IMG/VR virus record: IMGVR_UViG_3300044695_006747
Location: 64,001 to 128,000 of that record
Source: a virus
Length of the DNA: 64,000 nt
Reading direction: 5' to 3' (one strand)
The notes below the pieces were generated by a model. The model was not told the origin of the DNA and ran no database searches. It was given only the letters and a program-made list of their open reading frames with translations. Positions 11,207 through 20,738 of this stretch are shown here, one piece after another. Within the stretch, counting starts at the first letter, position 1; every line of letters starts with the position of its first letter. Made by a program: the position numbers and the translations under genes.

Positions 11207-12638
11207 ATTTTCAATTATTAACAGAATACCAACTCTTGCTTCTCATCATACGCTTCAATTTCAAAAATTGGACTATCGAAGCTGCACCGATATGTGTGAT
11301 GAAAAAACATATATAGGTTATGTTATAAAAGGGAATGATGATTTAGCATATTGTACATATGATGGGTATCCTGGACTCAACAACGCCCCCGTCTTCTTTC
11401 TTCATGAAAAATATCCCATACATCCAAGTAGAAGCTCTTGGACAAACTGTGATATACAAGGATGGTATTTTTTTGGGATTTTTGGATACAAATATCCATC
11501 AAGCGCTTCAAATGCTTATTATTTTGACTCTACCACTAGAGATAGTATTTGTCTTTCTAATTTTGGTTTTACTCCAACATATACTATAGATAACATAGAA
11601 TTATTAGGCAATTATGTATGTAAGAAACCAGACAATTTTGATTGTAAACCAACAACAATACGACGATCAGAAATTATACAAGACTATATTATAAGATTTC
11701 CTTTTGTTGAGGGCACCACAACAGGCACATATGTAGATGTCTCAACTACCGATGAAGTATACGATTTTGAGGGAATGCCAATTGGTATAGGAGATATATA
11801 TACTAGAAACTTATATCCATATAACTATAAATTATCATGTAACTATACAATCAGTTTAGAAAAAGATATTTATGAGGTAGATATAAATTTGATATCCGCA
11901 GCATATTTTACCTATGAAGATAATATACCTGGTACAGTCCCAAATGGTAGAATAGCCATTCAGTCGGATATGTCTTTTAGTGCTTTATCTCATTGTGAAG
12001 CTTTGCCATCATGCAGAGAAGCGAATGCCTATAAAAAAGCTATGACAGGATTCAGAACCGCGAGTATGTGTAGATCAATACCAAATCCAGGATCGGTATG
12101 CTTCGATGCCACAAAAACTATTGAACAAAATGAAGAATGCGAAATCGTTGATTTTGCTGGAGGACCATCGAGAAATTGGCTAGAATCACAGAATTGTTGT
12201 GTTCATAAATATAACAATAGTCCTATAATGGATAATTTTGAAAATTATTGTAATAATAAAAATTATAGTAAGATTACATCACAACTTTCATGTTCTGAAA
12301 TTAATGAAGAACAAAGATCTTTAAAAATAGTACGCGAGGGTAGAGTTATAAGTTCTGTTTCTCCTTTTGTGGGATTGGCGGACAGTGCTGATAATCATCC
12401 ATTTATTATAACATCTTTTATATTCGAATTTCCTGCAAGCATTTGTGTAGCAAAACATAAAACAAATAATATAGATGTTTCTGTTGGATCGGCTGGTGTC
12501 CAGTGTGGTTGCAACTACTTATATCCTGAAGAAGAGAGTATAATTATTAGTCCAACACTTGTAAAAAGATCAATAAAAGTTCCTAAAATTATTACTATAG
12601 AAGTATATTATTGTAAAAAAACATACTCGGAGTGTTAA
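11196..12638 (+). CDS. Cys-rich hypothetical protein (480 aa), probably virion-associated
   Basis: Long ORF overlapping the giant-protein stop by 11 nt, with more than 20 Cys. No recognisable family. Confidence 0.55.
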   Translation: MVNKFSIINRIPTLASHHTLQFQKLDYRSCTDMCDEKTYIGYVIKGNDDLAYCTYDGYPGLNNAPVFFLHEKYPIHPSRSSWTNCDIQGWYFFGIFGYKYPSSASNAYYFDSTTRDSICLSNFGFTPTYTIDNIELLGNYVCKKPDNFDCKPTTIRRSEIIQDYIIRFPFVEGTTTGTYVDVSTTDEVYDFEGMPIGIGDIYTRNLYPYNYKLSCNYTISLEKDIYEVDINLISAAYFTYEDNIPGTVPNGRIAIQSDMSFSALSHCEALPSCREANAYKKAMTGFRTASMCRSIPNPGSVCFDATKTIEQNEECEIVDFAGGPSRNWLESQNCCVHKYNNSPIMDNFENYCNNKNYSKITSQLSCSEINEEQRSLKIVREGRVISSVSPFVGLADSADNHPFIITSFIFEFPASICVAKHKTNNIDVSVGSAGVQCGCNYLYPEEESIIISPTLVKRSIKVPKIITIEVYYCKKTYSEC

Positions 12639-12639
12639 T

Positions 12640-13062
12640 ATGAATAATCTGTATTGTAATTTTGAATTAATGAAAAATAAAAAATTATTACAATGTACTA
12701 ATTGTGGATATGTTATACAATTAAAAGATAAGAATAAACAATACATATGTCATCGTAAGTTAATTAGCGCTTCAATAAATCAAAAAGACGGAGTCAAATT
12801 TATTAAAACAGAGACAGTTGATCTGAATTTGCAATCGAATAAAAAAGAAAACCAAGAAAATATTTCTGGAAATAAATGTTCTCAGTACCAAATAGACTCT
12901 AGATTAGAAATATGTAATGGATGCGAATTTTATCAAAATAATACCTGTTTAAAGTGCGGATGTTCACTATCTAGAGACAAGACTTTTATGAATAAACTTT
13001 ATTGGACAGACCAAAGCTGTCCTATTGGTAAATGGGGTCCGGTTCCGCCGGAAGAATCATAA
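12640..13062 (+). CDS. Small Cys-rich metal-binding protein (DUF6171-like C-terminus)
   Basis: RLEICNGCEFY...CLKCGC...CPIGKW pattern plus an N-terminal CTNCG...C motif. Confidence 0.6.
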   Translation: MNNLYCNFELMKNKKLLQCTNCGYVIQLKDKNKQYICHRKLISASINQKDGVKFIKTETVDLNLQSNKKENQENISGNKCSQYQIDSRLEICNGCEFYQNNTCLKCGCSLSRDKTFMNKLYWTDQSCPIGKWGPVPPEES

Positions 13063-14075
13063 CTTTTTAATTTGGTATTATCGTTCTTTTTATAAAAAGA
13101 GAATACTTTTTTGGTGCCTTCGTTACGAGATACTGTTATCATTTTTTCAGTGATCTTGTCTCCATGCTTAACCCTTAAAAAGACTGGCGTGGTGTCTGGC
13201 TTGTCCCATTGCCAATAATGTTGAACATAAACAGTGTATTTCCCTTCTGGAGCAAACCCAAACGGCCAAAAGATATTTTCAACAGCCCTATTAGTTGTGG
13301 GCTGAACATTACGATCAACATCTAGTGTTCCATTATTAGGACCTATTCTGTTCATCCAATTAATTACAAATCGCCCAGAAGGATTTTCTATAACAACCCA
13401 CAAATCTATATCATTATAATTATCCCAAGCTATTGATACTTGTATTTCTCCGGTTTGCGCTCCTGCTTCGGTTAGTCTTCTTACTGTTTCTTTTCCTCTG
13501 CCAGACGATTGTGAATCCGGGCCAGCAGATACAGAATTACTGTTACTTTTTGATACGGACTCAGATTTTATAGAGAATTCTTCCATAACATTTTGTTCCG
13601 TAACAACTATATCATCTCTAACTTGATCTGAAAATATTTCTGGAGTAGGAACCTCTATATTGTCTTCGGTATTGTAATTAGGCACAGCAACCATAATTTC
13701 CGTATCTTGTTCCGTTTCTCCAGATTCTGGCAAAACAGAATCCATCTCTAGAAAAACCTTGTCGTCATCTACCGGTTCTGGCTCGTGGTTAGCTATAGAT
13801 GCTGATATAATGATTGGTTTGTTTAGCTTTATAGTATGTCCGGCTATTAGCGCCAGAAACAACATTATAGTTGTGTTAACAATAAGGCTATGCAAAATAC
13901 CATTATTGTATAGATATTGTAGATATTCGTCAACAATGTTTATTGCTGATTTTCTGCGTTCTTTTGCCACTTGTGCCAACCTTTGTTTGGTAACCAATTG
14001 TTTTGATCGTCTTTGCGTTTTGGAAATAGTGTGCCACCTTTTTTGTGCTGTCCGAAAGCTAGTATTGCTCCACAA
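12999..14075 (-). CDS. Membrane-anchored protein with C-terminal YfaP/DUF2135-like domain; start uncertain, probably near or below 13940
   Basis: TM segment SLIVNTTIMLFLALIAG, then an acidic low-complexity linker. The C-terminal motifs GEIQVSIAWDNYNDIDLWV, GTLDVD and VENIFW...P.GKYTVYV are typical of the YfaP family. The ORF-track start overlaps the upstream gene by 136 nt. Confidence 0.65.
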   Translation of the reverse strand: MWSNTSFRTAQKRWHTISKTQRRSKQLVTKQRLAQVAKERRKSAINIVDEYLQYLYNNGILHSLIVNTTIMLFLALIAGHTIKLNKPIIISASIANHEPEPVDDDKVFLEMDSVLPESGETEQDTEIMVAVPNYNTEDNIEVPTPEIFSDQVRDDIVVTEQNVMEEFSIKSESVSKSNSNSVSAGPDSQSSGRGKETVRRLTEAGAQTGEIQVSIAWDNYNDIDLWVVIENPSGRFVINWMNRIGPNNGTLDVDRNVQPTTNRAVENIFWPFGFAPEGKYTVYVQHYWQWDKPDTTPVFLRVKHGDKITEKMITVSRNEGTKKVFSFYKKNDNTKLKSYDSSGGTGPHLPIGQLWSVQ

Positions 14076-14272
14076 TCAACACATCGTAGTTCAAAGAAAT
14101 CATTACCGTCCACATTTCTAACCACAAACTTTATATTAGTGCTTCCGCATATTCCGCACTTTTCTTCTCCAAAAATTTCTTGAATAGATGCTAGTTCCTT
14201 AAAAATCTCTTTTTGTCCTTCGCCTTCTAATTCAAATTCTAGTTTAGAGTTTACTTTGTATCTTAGCTTCAT
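13940..14272 (-). CDS. Conserved zinc-ribbon phage protein
   Basis: CGICGS...RCVDCG Cys pairs. The ATG at 14272 overlaps the annealase stop (ATGA coupling). Confidence 0.6.
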   Translation of the reverse strand: MKLRYKVNSKLEFELEGEGQKEIFKELASIQEIFGEEKCGICGSTNIKFVVRNVDGNDFFELRCVDCGAILAFGQHKKGGTLFPKRKDDQNNWLPNKGWHKWQKNAENQQ

Positions 14273-14991
14273 GGCGACCTCCATCCGGCATCATATCCTT
14301 TTGTGGACTCCGGAATATTATCTAAATTTTGTTGGTATTTTGACAATTCTCTTATGATCAACACAGCGTTGTCATGAGACACGTTATTTATAATAGTTGG
14401 AAAATTCAATTCAGCAAGCAATTTTTCAACATTAATATCTAGTCTTCGAGCCATCTGATCCACAAAACTAATCTGATTATTACTTATTTTACCAATACTA
14501 TCACCGTCAACATTGTCTTCTATATTTGAGGCCAATTCTTCAGCGGCCACAACTTTTCGTAACTTTAATCCTCGACGCAAGGCTCGTCCCTCTGCTCGTG
14601 TTTCTGCCACGGCCACAGGATGGTTTCTATAAATCTTGTCACAGTTGCCCCAGTAAACGTCTGCTGCGCCGCTGACGGTCTTATGTTTAAAAGGTGATGA
14701 GTCATCTACCCCATTTAAAACATAGGTCAATGTGTGTACTGCTGTGGCTCTTTTTTCATTATTTATGTCCGGAGTTTGAACCACTTCCGTCTCTGCTGAA
14801 ATAACCACACAATCAAGAGCTATTTCAAATATACGCCTTAGTCCATCTGTTGTGGGATTGCCCTCTATTTTTTCATCGTCGGACAACAATCCTAGAACAT
14901 AGTCATTCCATCCTAAATCATTAGGTGTAACAGCTTCTTTTGTCTCAATAGTCTCTGTTTCGGTCGTGGTTTCTTTTTTGGGTCTAGCCAT
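14269..14991 (-). CDS. Rad52/Sak-like single-strand annealing protein (putative)
   Basis: PTTDGLRR, ATAVHTLTY, SGAADV and AVAETRAEGRALRR resemble the Rad52/ERF-type core. The C-terminal ISNNQISFV...L motif resembles the small helical domain of phage annealases. GGAGA RBS precedes MARPKK at 14991. Confidence 0.5.
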   Translation of the reverse strand: MARPKKETTTETETIETKEAVTPNDLGWNDYVLGLLSDDEKIEGNPTTDGLRRIFEIALDCVVISAETEVVQTPDINNEKRATAVHTLTYVLNGVDDSSPFKHKTVSGAADVYWGNCDKIYRNHPVAVAETRAEGRALRRGLKLRKVVAAEELASNIEDNVDGDSIGKISNNQISFVDQMARRLDINVEKLLAELNFPTIINNVSHDNAVLIIRELSKYQQNLDNIPESTKGYDAGWRSP

Positions 14992-14992
14992 T

Positions 14993-15775
14993 TTATTCTC
15001 CAATCTCAATGTATTTTGATGTTGTGTTGTTTTGATTATTTAATAGTTCTTTAAGTTGATTATATACAATTGATGCTCTGCTTTTTGAAAAGTCTTTTGT
15101 TTGTTTTATCCTAATCAAAGTTAAACCCTTACCAAGTATTATTCCGTTTTTCTTAGTATCGTATTTTTTATTTTTTTGCAAAGCATCGTCTCCCCACACT
15201 GGCTCAAAGTGAGATGGTCCGTCAATTTCTATAGCCACACCCATTGTAGGTAGAAAGAGGTCAATTTGCAACTTTGTATTTACTAGCATTTGTTCTTTAT
15301 GAAAATCTACTTTGTATCCGTCGGCTAATAGTTTTTCTAAGATATACAGTTCCATTTTTGATCCTAAACTACTAGATTGTCTAACAGCAGAGTTTGCCTT
15401 TTTAAGTATTTGCTGCTGTTCATCTGGACTTAATTTTTCCCAATTGTCTCTTGCTATTTTTTTTCTTCTTTCAAGTTCTTTATCGGATAGTTTGTCCCAT
15501 GATTCCATCACACCAAGACCAATCTTTTGTTTTTCTTCTTCTGATCTTTTTTTCCCCATGGTTGGGTGAGAATGTCTTCCTTCTTTTAAAGCCACCTTTT
15601 GAGCTTCACTTTTATTTCTTATTGGTATATTAAACTTCAACGCATCTCTTCTCAACTTATTAGCATATGTATCATAAGAAGAAGCTATTTCTGCAAAACT
15701 ATACAAATTATTTACATACTCTTTTTCTAATATAGTCTTTTTTTGTTGATCAGACATTTTATTATATTGTTTCAT
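14993..15775 (-). CDS. Free-standing homing-type endonuclease (HTH + NUMOD3 + DUF559/Vsr-like PD-(D/E)xK domain)
   Basis: NUMOD3-like HPTMGKKRSEEEKQKIG. Nuclease core QIDLFLP...VAIEIDGPSHF...YDTKKN...LIRIK. Confidence 0.7.
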   Translation of the reverse strand: MKQYNKMSDQQKKTILEKEYVNNLYSFAEIASSYDTYANKLRRDALKFNIPIRNKSEAQKVALKEGRHSHPTMGKKRSEEEKQKIGLGVMESWDKLSDKELERRKKIARDNWEKLSPDEQQQILKKANSAVRQSSSLGSKMELYILEKLLADGYKVDFHKEQMLVNTKLQIDLFLPTMGVAIEIDGPSHFEPVWGDDALQKNKKYDTKKNGIILGKGLTLIRIKQTKDFSKSRASIVYNQLKELLNNQNNTTSKYIEIGE

Positions 15776-16220
15776 AAATAACCTTGGTGTTTATGGATTC
15801 TATAAAATTTCCAGTATTCCATGTTAATTTAAAAATATCATAAATATTTTTTTCTGATATTAAGATTTTTAATTTAGGATTTGTAAATAATTTTTCCCAT
15901 GTTTTATAACTTATATTGGTATTATCTCTCCAGGGAATAGTATTATTATGAATACAAATTACTTCAGATAAATTGGGAAATCCTAGCGCTAAATCTAGTG
16001 TGATCAAATCCCAAACAATTGCTTTACCATAAAAATATTTTGCTTCGTAGATTGGTAATATGCCGAATTTTTTATCCGGAACCAAAATGTTCATCGATGT
16101 GGTATAAATGTTACCATTTACATCTTTATAGGTTTGTAAAAGATCATTTAATAGCATGATGATTTTTTGATCATAACTATTTCCAATAAACGTATTTATA
16201 ATAGCTATATTTTTATTCAT
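15762..16220 (-). CDS. Hypothetical protein in the glycosyltransferase block
   Basis: ORF coupled to its neighbours by overlapping start/stop codons. No clear motif. Confidence 0.55.
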   Translation of the reverse strand: MNKNIAIINTFIGNSYDQKIIMLLNDLLQTYKDVNGNIYTTSMNILVPDKKFGILPIYEAKYFYGKAIVWDLITLDLALGFPNLSEVICIHNNTIPWRDNTNISYKTWEKLFTNPKLKILISEKNIYDIFKLTWNTGNFIESINTKVIYETI

Positions 16221-16954
16221 TTTAATTTATACTTAATAATGTTGGATATTTTATATTGTTGTAATTCAGTTGTGTGTGTTTCATCAAATGTAAGATTAGC
16301 AATATCAGACATATTTAATGATTTAGATACTGGTAAAATTTTATTATTCACAGTTGTAAGAGCTGGTTTTTTCATATTAATAGCATCGTATATATAATTA
16401 TCAGTTAGACCTATATATGCTGAGCATTTGGATATTAATCTAAGCATATCATAATCATTAACAACACCAAGATTTTGAGGATGGTCAAATCTAGGACAAT
16501 TAACTAATTTTACTGGGATTTGTGTGTTTTCAGGATAAATTATATTATCTAGTATAGAATTTTTTTTCTGACTAATACAATTTAATTCACACAGTATATA
16601 TCCATCGTTTTGGACATCAAACTTAGTATATTCATTATAATGATAGAATGTATCATATGGTATCGATATTATATCTTTATGCTTGATGACCAAGTCATTG
16701 TTTTTGAATAAAAAAATAATCTTATTTTTCTTTGTAGATAAACTATTTTTTGTTAAATCTTGTACAAATTTTGATATAAATAAATCATTAGAGTCATCTT
16801 CTGATAATACAATATAATCATTATTACTAGAAAGATAGATATCATATATATTTATTGGATCAAATATTTCTATGCTTCCGTATAATTCATTTGCTATTGA
16901 ATTAGCTACAAGCATTTCTTTTCTAGAATGTAAATTGGTTAAAAAAATTTTCAT
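16217..16954 (-). CDS. Diverged glycosyltransferase-like protein (GT-B C-terminal half)
   Basis: QNLGVVNDYDMLRLISKCSAYIG...IYDAINMKKP resembles the GT-B donor-binding region. Confidence 0.4.
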   Translation of the reverse strand: MKIFLTNLHSRKEMLVANSIANELYGSIEIFDPINIYDIYLSSNNDYIVLSEDDSNDLFISKFVQDLTKNSLSTKKNKIIFLFKNNDLVIKHKDIISIPYDTFYHYNEYTKFDVQNDGYILCELNCISQKKNSILDNIIYPENTQIPVKLVNCPRFDHPQNLGVVNDYDMLRLISKCSAYIGLTDNYIYDAINMKKPALTTVNNKILPVSKSLNMSDIANLTFDETHTTELQQYKISNIIKYKLK

Positions 16955-17634
16955 ATTTTAGTTTTGTGGTTTGTAACCTTTGATATATTTTTGGAAGATA
17001 TTAGTTCTGTTTCAAAAACTATATTATTGTCTATTAAAATATTGATAAATTCAAATAAAAATTTTTGTTTTATATTTTGTTCCATTAGTACGGTTTTTAT
17101 TTTTTGTATATCTGAGTGATTTATATATAATATTTCTGACCAAGTGTTTGGCAAATCATAGAATACATACTCTACTTTTTTATTAGTTATAGTTAACCCT
17201 ATAGTGAACGATTCGTCTTTTTTTTTATCTTTAAGGATCGGCAATATCGACTTGTTTAAAGTTTTTGGATAATAATCTGTTAAAATACCATTTTGTATAA
17301 TTAGAGTGTTTCCAGATTCTATCGAATTTAGAGCTAGTGAAACACCGTAGGCACTGTTTGAAAGTTCATAATTTTTATTGTATATTTTTATAATGTTAGG
17401 ATATTGATCGTTTGGATAAAATTGATCTAGGATTTTTAAAAATTTATCATGCTCAAATCCTATTACTATATATATGTCTGTATTTTTAGTATATCTTTGT
17501 ATGATATTATCTATCTGTTTTATTACAAGTGGTTTTTGTTTATGTTTATTTCCAACAGGAACAAAAGCTTTAGGTCCATATGATTTCATCCCTTTTGTTA
17601 TTTCTGAGCACAACAAGATAACATTATTAATCAT
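16951..17634 (-). CDS. LicC/NTP_transf-like nucleotidyltransferase with a degenerate signature
   Basis: VILLCSEITKGMKSYGPKAF aligns to IILAAGxGxRMxxxxPKxL. DIYIVIGFEHDK matches the following conserved strand. The glycine-rich loop is replaced. Confidence 0.6.
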   Translation of the reverse strand: MINNVILLCSEITKGMKSYGPKAFVPVGNKHKQKPLVIKQIDNIIQRYTKNTDIYIVIGFEHDKFLKILDQFYPNDQYPNIIKIYNKNYELSNSAYGVSLALNSIESGNTLIIQNGILTDYYPKTLNKSILPILKDKKKDESFTIGLTITNKKVEYVFYDLPNTWSEILYINHSDIQKIKTVLMEQNIKQKFLFEFINILIDNNIVFETELISSKNISKVTNHKTKI

Positions 17635-17636
17635 TT

Positions 17637-18398
17637 TTATAGTATTTTTATTTTATGTGTTTCTTCGTCATTTATAACATAATCGTATACTAAACCTATT
17701 TGTTTATTCATATTTATATACAAAGATTTATCAACAACAAAACCATCTAAAAAATTATCTGTAAACAAAATAACTTTTTTTCCGATGCAGTGATTTATAA
17801 TTTCGTTCGTTCTTTTCATTGTATCTTTTTTGTATACAGTATCGGCATACTTTATAAATATAAAACTAGACTGCGTATTAGATAAGTTTGTATCAAGACA
17901 CATATCAATCATTTCACTTATAGTAAATTCGTTATCGGTTATATAATGAACTTTCCATTTTGGTAAATTATATTGCTCTAAAAGTTTTATACATTCTTTT
18001 GGTTTATACGAGGATTTGTCTGTTAAAATAAACGATATAAATGTTGGCCAATAATTTTGATTATTTGATAAATCTTCTAATATATCATCAAGATCGTCCG
18101 AATTATTATTTAATATAATCACTACATAGTAGGGGATCACACTATCTGTAATAACTTTATTCAACGGATCTTCATTTGTTAAATTTTTTAGTGTTTCAAG
18201 CCACTGATGTGTTCTAGCATATGTGCATTTGAAATTTTTTAATATCCATGAATCTTGTGATTTATCTATATTATTAGAATCGTATAGGCCAGGATAATTT
18301 TGACTTATTATTTTATCTATTTCGAGTTTGCATCCTGTTTGCTTAGAATTTTCAGAAATTTTAAAAATACATTTATCGCACTTTGTATTTGTTATCAT
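17637..18398 (-). CDS. Hypothetical protein with an N-terminal Cys cluster and a possible GT-A-like fold
   Basis: CDKCIF...GCKL...FKC at the N-terminus, followed by alternating beta/alpha elements (YYVVIILNN, FIFIKYAD). Confidence 0.4.
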   Translation of the reverse strand: MITNTKCDKCIFKISENSKQTGCKLEIDKIISQNYPGLYDSNNIDKSQDSWILKNFKCTYARTHQWLETLKNLTNEDPLNKVITDSVIPYYVVIILNNNSDDLDDILEDLSNNQNYWPTFISFILTDKSSYKPKECIKLLEQYNLPKWKVHYITDNEFTISEMIDMCLDTNLSNTQSSFIFIKYADTVYKKDTMKRTNEIINHCIGKKVILFTDNFLDGFVVDKSLYINMNKQIGLVYDYVINDEETHKIKIL

Positions 18399-18403
18399 AT
18401 TGA

Positions 18404-18823
18404 TTACCGTATTCTTTTGATTACCACAGTAGTATGAAGAACGCTGATATCTATTTTTTCCACAATGTAATTAGAATTTTGAAAAATCCATTCGTCTAAA
18501 TATTTCTGATCTATCACAGATAAAGTACTTTGTAATATACTATTAAGATCGTCCAAAGCCATATCTCCTTTAATAATAGCTTTTGATAGTAATAATACAT
18601 TGAGCATTTTTATATGTATGGATCCTCCTATCATAATTTTTTTGAGTATATCATTTTGAATTAATATTCTTTTTGATATTTCTAGTGTGTCTAAAATATC
18701 GCAATATATATTTTCTAATGAACCATTTGGAACAGTATTTAATTCATTGACACTAATCTTAGAATTAAATTCTACATTTGTAGTTTTATAACTAGGATTA
18801 TATATCTGTGTCATATTCATCAT
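18404..18823 (-). CDS. Small protein resembling a truncated class I SAM-methyltransferase fold
   Basis: VPNGSLENIYCDILDTL...ILKKIMIGGSIHI resembles the dS.D.i......l...l..lkpGG.l.i segment of Methyltransf_11-like proteins. No SAM-binding GxG motif. Confidence 0.35.
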   Translation of the reverse strand: MMNMTQIYNPSYKTTNVEFNSKISVNELNTVPNGSLENIYCDILDTLEISKRILIQNDILKKIMIGGSIHIKMLNVLLLSKAIIKGDMALDDLNSILQSTLSVIDQKYLDEWIFQNSNYIVEKIDISVLHTTVVIKRIR

Positions 18824-19665
18824 AATATCATTCCTTTTCTTTTTATTTTTTGTATAAATGGTAGTAGTTGATCTTTAAAAATATTTTGCTTTGATAGATT
18901 ATTTTTATACGAAACATTACTCGCTAGTAATCTATTAAAAAGATCCAATAGTCCATCAAGATTTTGTTCCATAAAAAATACTCCATCATAAATTTTTGTA
19001 TATTTATTTGTCATTTCATTTGATATTGTTATATACGGTAAATTATTTGTAGCGCAAAATAACATTTTATAAATGCTTTGTGGATATAGATCTATACAAA
19101 TTTTATGTTTATTTAAAATCTCTAACATAGCATTTTGATTAATCTTTTGTTCATCAATAATAGATAAATTTTTTATTTTTGAACTTAAAACTTGTATTAA
19201 GTTTCCATAGTCATTATTATTATTTATAAATAAACATATATTGTTATCTTTATTTATAACGTTTTTATTGATTGTTGGAGTTATGGCTAACAACTTTTCC
19301 TGTTCTGATTGACCATGATGTTCAACTATATAGTAAATATTTTTTTGGTCTGGTATTTTTGAATCGTCGTATGATCCGTATCTAAGATATGTTATTATTG
19401 GAATATGAAGTTTATTAGAAATATCCAAAATGGCACTAGTTATATTGTAGCATATGATAAAATCATACTCAAATAGAGACGCATCATTTATATAGGCTAC
19501 ATTATTTTTATTAATTTTATTATTCATCAAATCTATATAGATAAAAAAATTAGCATCCCAGTCTGTTATAATATCATCTATAAGATCGTTAGCAGGGTAG
19601 TATAATACATTGATATTGTCAACAGCATGTTTGTGAACAATATTCCTTATGCCGTAGGTAAACAT
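18820..19665 (-). CDS. Diverged glycosyltransferase-like protein
   Basis: GT-B-like features (YDFIICYN; ILNKHKICIDL...MLFCATNNLPYIT). Confidence 0.45.
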   Translation of the reverse strand: MFTYGIRNIVHKHAVDNINVLYYPANDLIDDIITDWDANFFIYIDLMNNKINKNNVAYINDASLFEYDFIICYNITSAILDISNKLHIPIITYLRYGSYDDSKIPDQKNIYYIVEHHGQSEQEKLLAITPTINKNVINKDNNICLFINNNNDYGNLIQVLSSKIKNLSIIDEQKINQNAMLEILNKHKICIDLYPQSIYKMLFCATNNLPYITISNEMTNKYTKIYDGVFFMEQNLDGLLDLFNRLLASNVSYKNNLSKQNIFKDQLLPFIQKIKRKGMIL

Positions 19666-20738
19666 ATTTTTTGTCCTATATTTTTGTATGAAAACTCTTT
19701 GGTATAAAAATCGCTATTTTTATTTTTCTTTCTGTTTTCAAATGCCGATCTCATTTTTTTTCTTAAATCAAGAATATTAGGCATATACCAAATTTCGTTA
19801 CCGTTATAAATATCTAGGTGCGCCATAGTCTCCGGATTATCTAAAATTACTGGACTAGGATAACAGTCTACTACATTCATATCTTCTTCTTTAACATAAT
19901 CTAGTATGCCGATATTAGATGATGATATTAAATAATTCCCATGACATAAAGCCTCGGCTGCTGGTCTGCAAAAAGCTTCACCATATGATGTGATCACAAA
20001 ACAATCGCAACTGTTATGTAAACTGCTCATTTGATCTTCTGCAAGCCTATTAGTGATTAATATCTCATTATGAAAATATTTTTTGGTTCTTAATCTAAAT
20101 TTTATATTTTGAAGATTTTTTTGCACTGTTTCATGGAAATTATCTCCAGATCCAGACAGTTTAAGAACAAGACTAACTGGTTCTGTGATATCAAACTCTA
20201 AATGAAATGCTATAACAAGATCTTTTATGTTTTTTCTTTGTATATATTCACCAATAAAATAAAATTTATAATAATCATCAATAGCATCTGAAAAAATAGT
20301 TTTCTTATTTTTTTGTATTTCTAAAGCATGACCAATAATTTTTATTGGAACATTTACTCCACCATCTACTAAACTTTGTTTTTCTATACTAGAACTTACC
20401 CAGATTTCATCCATCAGGTTTAGATTATGTATAGATGTTGATGAGAAGTTTTGATTTTCAACAAATAGTAATCCTATATTATATAAATGAGTTTTGGTCA
20501 TCATCATTGGTAAAACATTTTGTATAACAATATCATATTGTGATAATTGATTATTTTCTAGATGTTTTATTTTTGTGTCTATATCAGTATCAATACTATT
20601 AGACATATATATTGGTTGACAATGAATATTATTCTTTGTTTCATTAATAGATAATATATAGTCTTTAGCTGCTTGTCCCCAACCATCATTTTGTCTGTAT
20701 GGACCTATGTAAAGTATATTTTTATTTTCTATTAGCAT
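19647..20738 (-). CDS. Glycosyltransferase family 4 (Glycos_transf_1)
   Basis: FYFIGEYIQRKNIKDLVIAF and CDCFVITSYGEAFCRPAAEALCHG (E-x7-E motif). Confidence 0.85.
   Translation of the reverse strand: MLIENKNILYIGPYRQNDGWGQAAKDYILSINETKNNIHCQPIYMSNSIDTDIDTKIKHLENNQLSQYDIVIQNVLPMMMTKTHLYNIGLLFVENQNFSSTSIHNLNLMDEIWVSSSIEKQSLVDGGVNVPIKIIGHALEIQKNKKTIFSDAIDDYYKFYFIGEYIQRKNIKDLVIAFHLEFDITEPVSLVLKLSGSGDNFHETVQKNLQNIKFRLRTKKYFHNEILITNRLAEDQMSSLHNSCDCFVITSYGEAFCRPAAEALCHGNYLISSSNIGILDYVKEEDMNVVDCYPSPVILDNPETMAHLDIYNGNEIWYMPNILDLRKKMRSAFENRKKNKNSDFYTKEFSYKNIGQKICLPTA

Noticed and set aside
13759-14121. 120-aa + strand ORF
   Set aside because: Antisense to two coupled minus-strand genes, with no recognisable features.
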